From the NCBI GenBank assembly GCA_965603825.1, contig CBFDEM010000033.1, positions 719,601 to 783,600 of the forward strand: a stretch of 64,000 nt of DNA, in the 5' to 3' direction. The notes beneath the pieces are model-generated. The model was not told the DNA's origin. It was given only the letters and a program-made list of their open reading frames with translations, and ran no database searches. Both the position numbers and the translations under genes were made by a program. Positions 1 through 12,800 of this stretch are shown one piece after another. Source of the DNA: Blepharisma stoltei ATCC 30299. Taxonomy: Eukaryota > Protista > Ciliophora. How positions within the stretch are numbered: position 1 is the first letter of the stretch; every line of letters starts with the position of its first letter.

Positions 1-1037
1 AAAGCTAAATTACAAATAATTTTTGTAGGAGGGACGACTTCGTGATAATTTGTGCTTTCTTCAGCAATATAAGACGTCTCAAAATCAAAAACTTGTGAAG
101 CATTTGGCTTAGGCGTTTCTTTTCCATATGGACTCGCCATCACTGGACTTTGAATATTTTCCCCCCAAGACCCAGAAAAAGCTGAAACCCTCCCTGATCT
201 ATAACTTATCGATTTCTGCACATCAGCCCTTTTTGACGACCTATTAGTATCTTGTGGAGGAATATTTAGCACAGGCACAACTGGCGATTTTGGCCTTGTT
301 TCTTCTACTTTTACTCTTGCAACCCTTCGTAAAGCTCTTGACGACACCGTATGTCCATGAAGTGTAGGAAGCTCCATAAAAAAGCTATCATTTTCTGATA
401 TAAGTGACCTATTTAACGCAGTGCGGTACTCTACTGGCGCACATTTAGGTGTAGAAGGCTGATGCAGCATTGCACTAAAATCGCTTGCTTTTCTTGAGTG
501 TTTTTGCTTTAAAGGAGAATGGTCAGCTGGCATTGTCCTAGGCTGCCCACATATTTTTTCTAAAAGACTAACCACAATGCTGGCGGCATCCATATCTTTA
601 ATAGTGCTTTTTACCTGGTCAGAGAACAGGAACAGCTTGATAAGAATAACAAACGTATTTGTACACTCTGGGTGGCTTTCTATATGCTGGAAGCACATTT
701 CAATGACCCTTTCGCTCGCAATTTCGCTTTTATGGCACAGCTTTAAAAGAATCATCCCAATTTTGTCGAGGACTTTGTCAAATTGATTTTTATCACGATG
801 CCTAGGGTTTTTATTGACTGAACGAGAGCGGGAGTCGTTCTTGAATTTGAAAGTTTTAATTAAATCTTCGCAGATTAATGGGACCAATTTCTCGATAAGC
901 TGCTCAGTAAAGATGGGAAGACTGTGGCCTTCTATTACAAATTCGTTGAGGTCTGATAATATTTTTTGGAGAATTTGGTAGATGTCACTGATTGAACGGA
1001 ATTCGCCTAAACGATCTAGGAGCATTACACAGTCCAT
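1..1037 (-). CDS. Hypothetical protein, partial (3' end runs off the window start)
   Basis: ATG at 1037-1035 (MDCVMLLDRLGEF...). I found no stop in this frame down to position 1; it is missing from the ORF track, presumably because it has no stop. AT-rich intergenic DNA lies upstream. Confidence 0.75.
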   Translation of the reverse strand, partial: MDCVMLLDRLGEFRSISDIYQILQKILSDLNEFVIEGHSLPIFTEQLIEKLVPLICEDLIKTFKFKNDSRSRSVNKNPRHRDKNQFDKVLDKIGMILLKLCHKSEIASERVIEMCFQHIESHPECTNTFVILIKLFLFSDQVKSTIKDMDAASIVVSLLEKICGQPRTMPADHSPLKQKHSRKASDFSAMLHQPSTPKCAPVEYRTALNRSLISENDSFFMELPTLHGHTVSSRALRRVARVKVEETRPKSPVVPVLNIPPQDTNRSSKRADVQKSISYRSGRVSAFSGSWGENIQSPVMASPYGKETPKPNASQVFDFETSYIAEESTNYHEVVPPTKIICNLA

Positions 1038-2172
1038 TTTAAATCTTGTTTTAATTATGAAGCAAATTTGTAAGGCATGATAAAGTTGAAGGGTGGTAGG
1101 AAAATATTTTTGTAAGAGATCGAGCTTGTTTATTTAACTTTTAGCATACTATCTAATGCCTAAGACATTTAGAATGAAGCTATCATAGCAATTAGTGATC
1201 ATAGAAAAACATAATCTTACTTTTTGAAACGATTAAACTTTAAAGAAAATTATTGAGTATCTAATTTGCGATATTAAATATTTATGTTTAGATTTTTTTG
1301 AGTATTGATTTAATTCTTTTTCAGATAACGATTTTAATAAGTCCCATAAAATGCATTTTACTTATTTTTATATAACCAAATAAATAAATGCAATTATTAC
1401 ACATTTGCTTACTTCATAGAGAAATATATTTTCTGTTTTTCAAATGTATATTTAATAATCATCAACATTATTAACTGATAAATTAATAAAAATGGTTTTA
1501 TTGCTGTTACAAGATTGATTATAAATAACTGCTTTGTTTATTTGATTATGAAGTTGAGCTCAAAAAGCTAACAATATGACTTTAAATTTAGGCTCACTTT
1601 TGAGCACTTCTAAATGCATATATTGAATTATTTTTGTATATCTTTAGATAAACAATAAATAGACTTTTAAAGATAATTTATGCCAATTTTCTTGCGAAAG
1701 CAGTATTCAACATAATCTTGAAGGAAATATTAATATTGATTATATGAATAAATAATAATTTGTAAAAGGTGTTTATATAATAAAGATTCCGATAAATATA
1801 AAGCGAATTCAATTCTTTATTAATTGTTGCCATATAGGATTTCATTCATTTTCGTCCATTTTTCTTATAATTTGAAAATTATCACACTATCTTGGTGCAA
1901 TAATTCGCCAATACAACTATTTAAAATCTTTTAATCCAAACTATTTTTTTCATTTCTTAAATTATGCTTTTAGCTAGCACTTAGATCAATTATATTCCTA
2001 CCCAAAAAAAGATATAATTTTTTTTTTGAATATTAAAACTTATCAAACCCCAACTATTCTCTAAAACATTTCTTTTTATTCTATTTTCCCTTGCGCCTTT
2101 GCTATAAATCCACCCAAGCCAAGCTTTTTTTGAATTTATTATTCAGTATTACAAACTTTTACTATAAAATTA

Positions 2173-2433
2173 ATGAACGAATGTGAGTCTATAGAGCCTT
2201 GTGGAGATTTAATGCCAATGCCTCCACCTCCTTCGCAGCGACCTTCTATTCTAAAAGTATCATTCCAAGAGGATGCTAATACAAGCAGAAGATCAGACAG
2301 TAGATCGTCCACAGGTGATGGTCACACAGGTCCACACAAAGTTAAATTCTGCAATCCTATGTGCAGCATTATAACATATGAACAAACGACGGTTAAAGTT
2401 ACTGGTTCTAGTTGTACATGTGATATTTTTTAA
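2173..2433 (+). CDS. 86-aa protein with SILK and RVxF-type (KVSF, KVKF) motifs and C-terminal CaaX-like CTCDIF
   Basis: Higher-GC ORF flanked by AT-rich DNA; motifs read directly from the translation. Confidence 0.7.
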   Translation: MNECESIEPCGDLMPMPPPPSQRPSILKVSFQEDANTSRRSDSRSSTGDGHTGPHKVKFCNPMCSIITYEQTTVKVTGSSCTCDIF

Positions 2434-2561
2434 GTTTGCAAAATTTTGTTAATTAATCGTAAGAATTTTTCTTATTCGAGAAAAGGAATTTTACTAAATT
2501 TACGTTAACTTAAATTAATTTTTTGTTTTAAGCCATTAGATAACAAAAAATGATTTAAAAA

Positions 2562-4452
2562 TTATCTAGCTCTTGCGTTATATTCATAGCTATAAACTTT
2601 ATTTTGCTTAGCAAAGTTATAGCCATCCTCAGCGTAGCCTTGGAAAGGAGCAATAAACTGAGGACCTCCACCCATTTCAGGGTCCTCATAGCCTGGGTAT
2701 TTTTGGCCTTTGTCAGGTCTTTTCATAAGATCTGCATATTGGTAATTATTATGAATATTTGGAAGCTGTCTAGCTGACTGATGATTTGAGAAATCGCCGG
2801 ATTCATTAACTGCGTGAGGTATTTCAGGAATTTGCTTTGGAAATAGACTGGCTCTCGCAAATAAGCCTCGACTTTGTCCTCTCTGCATTGGATTTTCATA
2901 AGAAATTTCATGAGAGTACACAGGTTTGGTAGTAATTTTTTTCTTATTGTGGTTTTTTATTTTTGGGCTTGATTTTGTATCTTCTTCTTCATTTATATTA
3001 AACATCGGCTCTTCACTTTTTTTCTTATTCCTAGCCTGTGGGTTTGGCTGTGGATATCCATATTTAATTCCATCCTTACTTCTCTGCCTTTCCAGCTTTA
3101 TTTCGGACTCATTGCTTTGATTTGTAGTAATTGGCATATCAAATTCATTAGGATCTGAAATAAATGGAGAAGCCCTTGTCTTGGATCTTTGGCTGTCCTT
3201 ATTTTGGGTTCCCCGAAGGGTTTTGAGATCAAATTTATTAGGATCAAGCCCTGGAGGGACTGAACCTGAATGATAAGGATCTTTATAATGTGGAGGAGGA
3301 GATGATGACTGATCATCTTTAAGCTTTATATTGGCACGACGGCTGTCAGTTGGGGTAACATTTGTCCCTACATTTGGCTGGTTTTTCAGTTTTGAGGCAA
3401 TTGAGGAAGCTGCTGCTAGGTGGCTGGAAAAGTTTTGCTGAGGATAAACACCAATGCCTGGGCGTCCTCTTGCTTTATTTGACTCGTTTCTGGAGACTAA
3501 TGAAGTAAATGGCCTTTCATCAATGTCTTCTCTTAAGTCTCCAAAAAATGGATGCTGTAGAGATTCAGCAGCACTCATTCTATCATTTGGGTCCATTCTT
3601 AAGAGTCCTTCCATAAAATCCAATGCTAATTTGTTAAGTTTTCCCATGTATCTTCTTTCAAGTGTCTCAATTCTTGAAATTTCAGGGAACTTTAAACCTA
3701 TAAATCTAGGATTTTTTTGGAAAATTTCTTGCTGCTCACTAGTAAGAGAGCCAAGCATTTTCTGAATTAAATATAGCTGGTCTACTTCGTTTTCCCCTGG
3801 AAATAGAGGCTGGCCATCAGTAAGCTCTCCCATTATGCAGCCTATAGCCCACATATCGACAGGTCTGCCATATTCACTGCCTCCTAACAGAAGTTCTGGC
3901 GACCTGTACCATCTAGTAGCTACATAGTCAGTCAGCACCCCTCCTTTCTGAGGCTGAGTTCTTGCAAATCCGAAGTCGCATAGTTTCAATGTTTGGTTTC
4001 TATATAAAACTTACGCTGAAATTAGCAAATTTTCTGGTTTGATATCCCTATGTATCACTTCGTTTCTGTGGCAATATTCTATTGACTTGCAAAGCTGGTA
4101 AATATAGGATCGTATTGTATTTATCTAAGGTAAAAGTTACATCCAGTCCTCCAGCGTTGTCTTCTAAAATTTCCAGTAAATTCCTGTCAACGTACTCGAA
4201 CACAAGGTATAGCTTGCCTTTTCTACGGAAAGCTTCTTTCAGCTGTACAATGTTTTCATGCTTTAACATTCGGAGGATTTTTACCTCGCGGATCGTGGTT
4301 TTGCGAACTGTTTCATCTTCTTCAGAGTCTTTGAATTTTTTAATTGCGACGATTTCACCTGTCTCTTTATTTCTGCATTTTAGTACGACTCCATAAGCGC
4401 CTAAGTAAATTTTACCTTCTCCAACCACTCCCATCACTTCATACTTGTTCAT
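2562..4452 (-). CDS. CDKL5: CDKL5/LF5-like CMGC protein kinase; exons 4452-4416, 4400-4141, 4124-4015, 3999-2562
   Basis: After splicing: [48 protein letters not shown], then a long disordered tail. Three tiny introns restore the frame and the motifs. Confidence 0.9.
4000..4014 (-). other. 15-nt intron gtaagttttatatag (CDKL intron 3)
   Basis: Removal joins ENLLISA to [10 protein letters not shown]; retention gives an in-frame TAA. Confidence 0.9.
4125..4140 (-). other. 16-nt intron gtaacttttaccttag (CDKL intron 2)
   Basis: Removal restores the frame [26 protein letters not shown]. Confidence 0.9.
4401..4415 (-). other. 15-nt intron gtaaaatttacttag (CDKL intron 1, in the Gly-rich loop, no in-frame stop)
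   Basis: Removal converts [11 protein letters not shown] to the canonical GEGAYG. Confidence 0.88.
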
Positions 4453-4844
4453 TTTTAAATTTATTGATTAGAAAGATCAGCTGACGACTGAAGATAAAGA
4501 TTCGAAAGTAAAAGCAGAGAAGAAAAATAACTTTTAAATGCAGAAATCAATAGATTAAGCTCAAGAATTAATATGAGGTAAACACTATACGGATATTATA
4601 TAAATATGAACAATTTGTAACTAATAATTTATCAATTTATTAAATCATAAAATTTTTTGGCTGAATTATTCTATCACCAAATTTAGAATCACTTTTCTTG
4701 AATATCAGCATTACTATTCTTATTTTGCTTTACTTTTTTATGTATTTATTCGAAGAAATCTATATATGGTTTAAATAACTAAAACAGTTTGCTAAATTGA
4801 AAAAATAAATTGTTTAAGAATAATTAATGGATTCAATGGATCTC

Positions 4845-5571
<727 letters not shown>

Positions 5572-5699
5572 CTTTAATTTTTCTTGATAAAAAGATATCA
5601 GTTTCCTGCTAGAAAAATAATATTTTATAATAGTTAAATATAAAAACCTAGAAAATAAATATAATGAAATCTATTTATAACTAACAATTTATAAAGATT

Positions 5700-6893
5700 T
5701 TATTGTTGAATAATATCAGCAAGGTTTTCTTGAAATAAACCGATTTCTTCTCTTAAAATTTGTTCTATTTGAGTACTTGTTTGTTCTGCTTGATTATCTC
5801 GATTCCCAAAGTAATTAAAAAATGAAGAAAACGAAGAAATGGTCAGATTTTTTGTTTCAGGCTTCAAAAATTCCTGGTTGCATAAAGGACATTTAGGATT
5901 ACTATTATTAAGAATCCAAGTTCTTATGCATTTTACATGATGCACATGGCCACATGAAATTTTGCTGCACTTGCTTGAAGGTAGTGATTCCAAACAAATG
6001 CAGCATTTTTCATTGCAATATTTTTGTAAATCATTTTTGCTCATAACTGGGTATTTTTTTAAGAAGCTTTTCATTGAATATATATAATTTCTGAACCTTC
6101 TATACAAATCAATAAATTCAAATGCAAAAATTTGCACTTTCATTATCACAAAAAATTGTATAGGGCTTGTCAGTATCCAATCAGAATACCTAATCGCAAT
6201 ATGCAGTCACCGTACAGTGTTAACTACTATTTCAAATAACTGAAAGCCCATTTCAGTAGGTGACGCTATAGCAGAATTCAGACTTAACTGATATAAAATC
6301 AAAAAGTTTTCTTTTAAAACTAACAGCCCTTCATAATTAACCAGTAAAATCATCATTCACCCAGCGCTATAAAAAAACTTTGAGCTCCCAATCATAAACA
6401 TTAGTCCCATAAACGCTGATATAAAGCTAAATTTCTTTAAATTCCTCACTTGATTATTTGCAAGTCTATGTTTTGCAGTCACACAAATTACCTTGCAAGA
6501 GCAATAATAAAAGCAAATTGTTGCCCAAATCGCGATTTCCATACCAACATAGTTGCTATCACCTATAGAAATGACTACAAATTGTAAAAGCATAGAATCA
6601 TTCATTAGAATTTCATATGCTTTTTTGCTTTCGTTATAAGATAAAGGCCCGTGCAAAACATTGAAAATCAAGTGAGTTGCTGTAGTACAGAAAAACATGA
6701 TGCTGAGGATCATGAAGATGCAAACTGCTGGGCTCGATCTGATAAGGAAAAAGGTCGATGAAAGTCCTGAGCTTAAAAATGATGGGAGTAAGAAAGCTAA
6801 AGCTGTAAATGTAGAAAGCACCAAGCCTGATAGAGAAAAGTTTAAAGTGGAGATAGCTTGCAAACCTGTGTTTAGCGTAGCTGAGAAACGCAT
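5700..6893 (-). CDS. Multi-pass membrane RING-H2 E3 ubiquitin ligase (HRD1/gp78/RNF145-like architecture), ~397 aa
   Basis: Two ORF-track pieces joined in frame by TGA=Trp at 6357-6359 and 6207-6209; hydrophobic N-terminal half; CCIC..CGHVHHVKC...W...CPLC RING-H2. Confidence 0.85.
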
Positions 6894-7182
6894 TGGATTA
6901 TAATTTTTATTATGAAATATTAGCTGGCTGATATAAATTAGCAGACAAATAGAGATTAGAATAATTTATAGATATGTAGCTGATATAAAAATTAACACAA
7001 TGTTAGACTTGTTAAGTCCAAAAATAAAAAATATTATTGTTTATTAAAGAATAAAACAATAGAAAAATTTTTATTTTAAAAAAAGCCTATTTTGAATAAT
7101 TATCTTCTTCATTCCAATTCTCGCTGATTTTAATAATTTTAATCATTCCATTTTGATAAAGAGGATTATATTAATTCCTCAT

Positions 7183-8034
7183 TTAGTTTATTGAGCGCAA
7201 GAATTCCAAAATATAAATTGGTAAGAGCGAGCTGATGAAGAGTTTTCCTACAAAAGGCCAATATCCCACGTAGAATCCCCATATGGATTCTCTATGAAGA
7301 GTTTTGGAAAAGCAGTCTGAGAAGCTTCTGTAAATTTCGTGCCCTTCTTTTTGGATCTGCAGTTTAGTTTTAATGTTGTCAAATGGCAGAGCAAAGATCC
7401 CGCCTGCAAGAGATGCAAATAAAGCTGCCAATGCTTTTACTCCAGTCACATCTCCCCAGTTGTTGGCCAAGAAAGACTTAGTTTGGTCATAGGTGCCGAG
7501 CATGCCAAAAGATAGCATAGATTTATGAAGGGAGTTTGGTAGGGCTCCAGCAAGCATACCGTTCCCAAAAAGACTAGGGACTGAGAGTAGGCCTTTGTAC
7601 TGATATGCCAATTCTGGCGTAAGCACATAACTAGCCTGCATTCTTGTAAGAATCACGTCTAGAGGGTTTAAAAGGAAGGCCATTATAAAGCTAGCGGTCA
7701 TCGCACACACTGTTTTGCTAATAGTCGAAACTGAATGATATCTATCTTGATTTGCTTCGCTTGAGAGGAAATGATGATATATATAGGTTCTCCCAATGCC
7801 GAAAGTGAAAGTTCTTAATAAAGCTGGGCCAAATCCTGTATACAAAGCTGACCATCCTTTTTGGGCGACTGCTGATTGGGCAAGAGGACTGCCTCTTATG
7901 ATCTCAACCTTATTATTCATAGCGCGGATCTGCTGGCTGACTTTCATAAAGTCTAAAGGCTGAGATATAAATAACGAAAGTGTTGTAGCAATGGCTCCTA
8001 CAGTGGCTCGAGTTGATGAGTGAGAGTCAGACAT
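7183..8034 (-). CDS. Mitochondrial carrier (SLC25 family; oxoglutarate/malate or dicarboxylate-like)
   Basis: Three Px[DE]xx[KR]-type repeats (PLDFMK, PLDVILTR, PFDNIKT); 283 aa. Confidence 0.88.
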   Translation of the reverse strand: MSDSHSSTRATVGAIATTLSLFISQPLDFMKVSQQIRAMNNKVEIIRGSPLAQSAVAQKGWSALYTGFGPALLRTFTFGIGRTYIYHHFLSSEANQDRYHSVSTISKTVCAMTASFIMAFLLNPLDVILTRMQASYVLTPELAYQYKGLLSVPSLFGNGMLAGALPNSLHKSMLSFGMLGTYDQTKSFLANNWGDVTGVKALAALFASLAGGIFALPFDNIKTKLQIQKEGHEIYRSFSDCFSKTLHRESIWGFYVGYWPFVGKLFISSLLPIYILEFLRSIN

Positions 8035-8651
8035 ATTATTGGTGATTTTTCAAAAAAATTAGAAAATAAAATCTTTTTGGATAGAATTCTATTTTAGAGG
8101 AAATTTTAAATTTTCTATCTGTAGAAGAGATTTAGTTTGCTTAAAATATATTTAAAAAATCAAACTATTGATAAAGATTAGCATTATAAGATGTCCAATG
8201 ATTTGGTTTTTATTTTAAACTAATGGTATCTAATAAAGATTAATTAGGGATTGATATAATAGCAGTTAAGCATAACTTATAAAAATATCTTTTCAAAGAT
8301 TACTTTATTTGGATATCAAAAAAAAAATATTAATCCTCTTTTCTCATATATCATAAACACTTAACAGAAATCAGCCACCCCTATTCCACTTTCTCAATTT
8401 ATGCAGTCAGCAATTTGATAGCTTATCAGTATCGCTAACTTGATTATTAGAATCAGATTTTTCATTTATAGCCCTTTCATATGGCAGCCTATTATTTCTT
8501 ATTCACCAATATACTTTATTTGACTGCCTGTTAAAACCAATCGTTTTAAGCGAGGATTTTTCTTATCTTTCTTTAACGATATGAAATCCTTTCCAGAGAA
8601 CGGCGGCAGCAGAGATAGAGCATGATAATTATTTTATATCTACCAAATAGC

Positions 8652-9410
8652 TTAATTAGCTAGCTGTCTAATTTTATTGCACAATCTTTCCTCCAGATTA
8701 AAATGCTGCATACATCCTAGCGCTTTATTATCCAAGATCCTTTGGCCTTCATTAAAATTGCTTTTTCTAAATTGCTCCATGTAATGGAGAGTTATTTCAG
8801 ATACAATGCTATTTAAATTCACTAAATTCCAGTTTAATTGGCTAACTGCAAAAAGCTCTTCTAATATCTCTACAAGGTGCGGGTAATTATCTATTGAAAT
8901 TTCTCTTCATAAAAGCATATTGAATTTGAATTCAAGAATTTGTAGCGGGTGCTCAAAAGTCCCAAATTTTTCTATTTGCCCATTCAAAAGCAAATGTAGT
9001 CAATCATGTATTTCTTTAATTGATTTTATATCTAAAAAGGATTCACTAAGCTTGTGAGAGAAATCTAAGATAAGTCCTTGAATATCAAGATATGCGTATT
9101 TAGAAAGGTGAAGTAATTTTTTTGCACATTTATGAGCAAGTGCAGGAAAAAAGTTCTGCTGCTTTATGCCGAATTTGAAGAGCATGAAGTTGATATAAAT
9201 TGATATAGAGGTTTGTAAATTCTCGTCGAGGCTGAGCTCGTGGATTTCGCGGTCCAGCTTTTCAAGTGCATCCCAATCAGAAACATCAGCTTTTAAGACT
9301 AGGTTTAGAATGTCTTGTATTTCAGCGACAGATGCGGTTTTAAGTGCTTTTTCAATGTTAGATAAGCAGTGTCTTACTGAAATTAAAATATCTATGGGCA
9401 TGATATCCAT
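8652..9410 (-). CDS. Hypothetical protein, ~252 aa
   Basis: ORF extended through TGA=Trp at 9000-9002 and 8907-8909 to TAA at 8652-8654. Confidence 0.6.
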
Positions 9411-9861
9411 TTTCTTATTATAGAATCGTGATTCTCGTGGACTTATAAATATTAGAGTATGCTTTATAAGGAACTCAGTATCATAGAACAGAAAATTATA
9501 TAATGTTTATTAGAAATAAAGACTGGCTGATCTAGGCATCTTCATAGCACTTCTCTTGTAAATTGCATTTCAATTGTGATTGAAATGAGAATAAACCTAT
9601 ATAGTAAGTATCAGCTCTTTTTGACATCATTATGCAGAAGTCTAACATGCACATCACATACCTTTATATTAAAATCTTGATTCCTTAAGCCTTCACTATT
9701 GTCCTCTCGATTTAGCCATAATTATTATAAAAACCATTTTATTTATTAAATAATTCTTTAATATAAGGTATTACTTTAGAGCAATGTGAATGAATAATTA
9801 TATTTTGCAAGCATATAAATTTTATTTATAATTAAAATTTATTTCGAAATTCATTATTTAG

Positions 9862-12800
9862 CTACTCTGAACCAATAAGGAATAAAGCTGCTCCACTGAT
9901 AATGCGCTCTTCAGCTCTCCCTGCATTTGGCAGTGTCAAAGTGCACAACAACTTATCTCTTTCAAGCGAATAATACAGCGGAATTTTCACAGCATTTTCT
10001 TCATACGGCTCCTTCGCATCTCTTCTTACCCAGGCAATACTGCAGACAGGCAAAGGCATCAATTCTGAGCTTGAAGGGCTTGGCGCCGTCAACCCTCCTC
10101 TAGAAAACTCACATCCTTGCATTAGCAAGCCTTTCAGTTGCATCCCATTTTGCATTTGTGAGTCAAAAGTGGTCATCAGCTTTAGCTGCTCCATAGGAGT
10201 TCCCAGCTTTCTTGAAGTGAGCTGTCTCAATGCATTTAAGAAAGTTTCAGGGTGGAATAGCTCTCCTAAAGCAATTGAGTCAGAAAATAAATTTCCGCTC
10301 CTCATCCCTTCAACCCACTTTTTCAGAGCATTAGTACGCCTCACAAGAGCTCTAAGCCAAGGTACAGGACTTGACGGTCCTTCCCACATATCAGACCAAC
10401 TATCAGGGACTAAATTTTGTAGCAGGGCTTTGGCGTCATTTTCCATATCACTAGTCAATAGTCCTTGTCCAGAAATTACTTTATTGATTCCGTCTAGCGC
10501 CAAATGCACTTTTTCTTGCATTTTGAAGGCATATTTTGCTTCCATGAAGACAAAACTTTCTAAAGGATCGTCACTTTCTGCTAAATTCCCTTTAAACTTC
10601 TCTCCTGACCTTTGCAAAGTTTGCCACAAGTTCCAAAGTGGGCCAAGCTTAATGCTCCATTCTTCTCTGTCAAACTCTAGCTCTTCTTGACTGACTGCAG
10701 ATAACTGCTTTAGCTGTTTTATTACATTGGAGCTATTGAACCTTTGGACTGACCTGTCAATATTTAAAGGAAGCCCAAATAGTGATGGGGAGTCTGTATC
10801 TGGCATTCTGTCTATAAGCGATATATAATCATTGTAATTTTTAGAATTGGGAAGTCTCAGCTCAGGAGAAAGCTGCCCATTAGTAAAAGTCTGCTGGGAG
10901 AAAAACTGATCAAGATAGGTATTTAACACTTTTAAGTCAAAAATATTGTCAACTCTGCCACCGTAGACTGCATTTTCTAATAAACCTTTGAGTGCTGACC
11001 ATTGAACAGGGTTTCTTTCAAGGATTTTTTCGAGTAAAGTAGCCCCAGCTCTTAAGTCAGGCAGTGAAAACTCATAGAACTTGGACCATCCTTGTGGGAT
11101 ATAAGTTCTCCTTTCTTGGACTATTGCGTGGAACCAGGCCAATGCAAATAATGCTTGTGCTCGCAAAACGTTGCCTTGCTCAATATACTGAGGGGTCCAA
11201 GATTGGTAAGTTCTTTGCATGTTTTTCTTGATCCCAGGAGGCGACTCATAAGTAATTTTTAGAGAAGACTGCAATAAAATGGCTGGGAATTTTAAGTGAG
11301 GCTCGGTAGTCAGCCACAGTCTGAAGTTTTCATGAGGTCTTAAGATTTTCAGCTCTTTTTCTAATGAAGGCAGCCAGCTTGTAACTAAATGGAGATTTTT
11401 AAGACAAACCCAGTCTCCTTTGTGGGCAGCTTCTCTCAGCACTTTTAGTGCCTCTTCATTTTGACCACCACCCATAGCCATTTGGTGGTATTTAGCCCTT
11501 CCTACGACTTCTTCTGCAAACTCTTCTAGCTCTTTAGTAGGATCAGACCCAGGTGACACAATAAGTAGCACAGGCTCAATTGACGAAGTTTCATTTTTGT
11601 ATAGATCTTGCAAAGAGAGAGCGGAGGGGTTTATGTCTTTTTCAGCAAGACCTTCACTTACAAAGAGAGTCATTGCACTTTCAAGACGATCTGGCCTGAG
11701 GACTTTTACTAGTAGTAATTTTTGGAATGGGGAAACTCTGCTTTGGATTTGTGAAGGAAATTCGAGCTCACATTGAGGAGACTGTCCCCATGACCTCCAC
11801 AGTTCATTGTTGTCTAATTGAATGCTGTTGATAAGCCTAGGCAAGGTGGCGCCAAACATGCCGAATTCGTCTCTTCTGTCTTCTGAAGCCCAGTTAGGGA
11901 AAAGACGCCCAGCATCACCGGTTACTGCGACTTCTCCTTTTAAGAATTCCCATTCATTGACTTCGAATAGCTCTGGCTTGATTCCTTTGATAAAGTGAAG
12001 CCCAAACATAAGCCTATCGCTCTTAAATAGTGATCTTGATACATTTAGATAGACCAAGCGGACTAAAGTTCGTCCTAAGTTGTCAAGTTTGACCTGAAGG
12101 TTGTTGGATGGCTTTTGAGATTTCAAGGCTTTTGAGAAAATCCTAAGGAAGCTTTCTAATGAAAATTGATACATATTGTTCGTTTTCTGCAAATCCTGGA
12201 GCAGTGAAAAAATGGTTGATCCATGCGAAGCCAGTGGCCTGTAAACCTCTCTTTGCTCGTCTAATGATAACTGCAGCTCATGAGACTTGTTTAAGGATTC
12301 TGATATGCTGATGCTGCTTTCTTTTGTCCTATTTAAGCTTTCTATAAGAGTTTTATTTTCCAAAATATTGCCTTCAGCTGTTGCCAATTCTTCTAATAAT
12401 TGCTTTTCTAAAGTCGCCAACTGCACTTTTAGCTGCTCTTCTTTAGCCAACATCTCTGTTTTCTGTTTTTCCAGTTCAGGCTGCTCATGGTTCAAAATAA
12501 TACTCAGTAGCTGTCCTTCCAGTCCTGACCTTGTAACAGTGAAATTCACCAAATTAATCACAGAAAATGCATTTGGCGGTACATCAATATGGGAATCTCT
12601 TGTGCATAAGAACAGCCTAAACGTTTCTGAGTAGTCAATTAGCTTATCTCCAATCTGAACCATCCACCTTGGCCCTTGCTTTACTAAATCTAGCCTTAAA
12701 AGTGGGAACAAAAGTGCCTCAACCTTATCAATTTCTTGAATAATCAAAGTTTTCCCAAACCTTACTGCAAGCTCCAGCTGACTTGTAAACCTCACATCGC

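Noticed and set aside
8305-8651. Continuation of the 8652-9410 gene past its TAA (the frame reopens for ~100 codons)
   Set aside because: Three stops in quick succession, no canonical 15-16-nt intron to bridge them, and no recognisable homology.
9862-9864. UAG=Gln (NCBI table 15) or the UAR=Gln code of Tetrahymena/Paramecium
   Set aside because: Dynein, nicalin and RA-PH end at TAG at the expected lengths, and no conserved gene needs an internal TAA/TAG once introns are removed.
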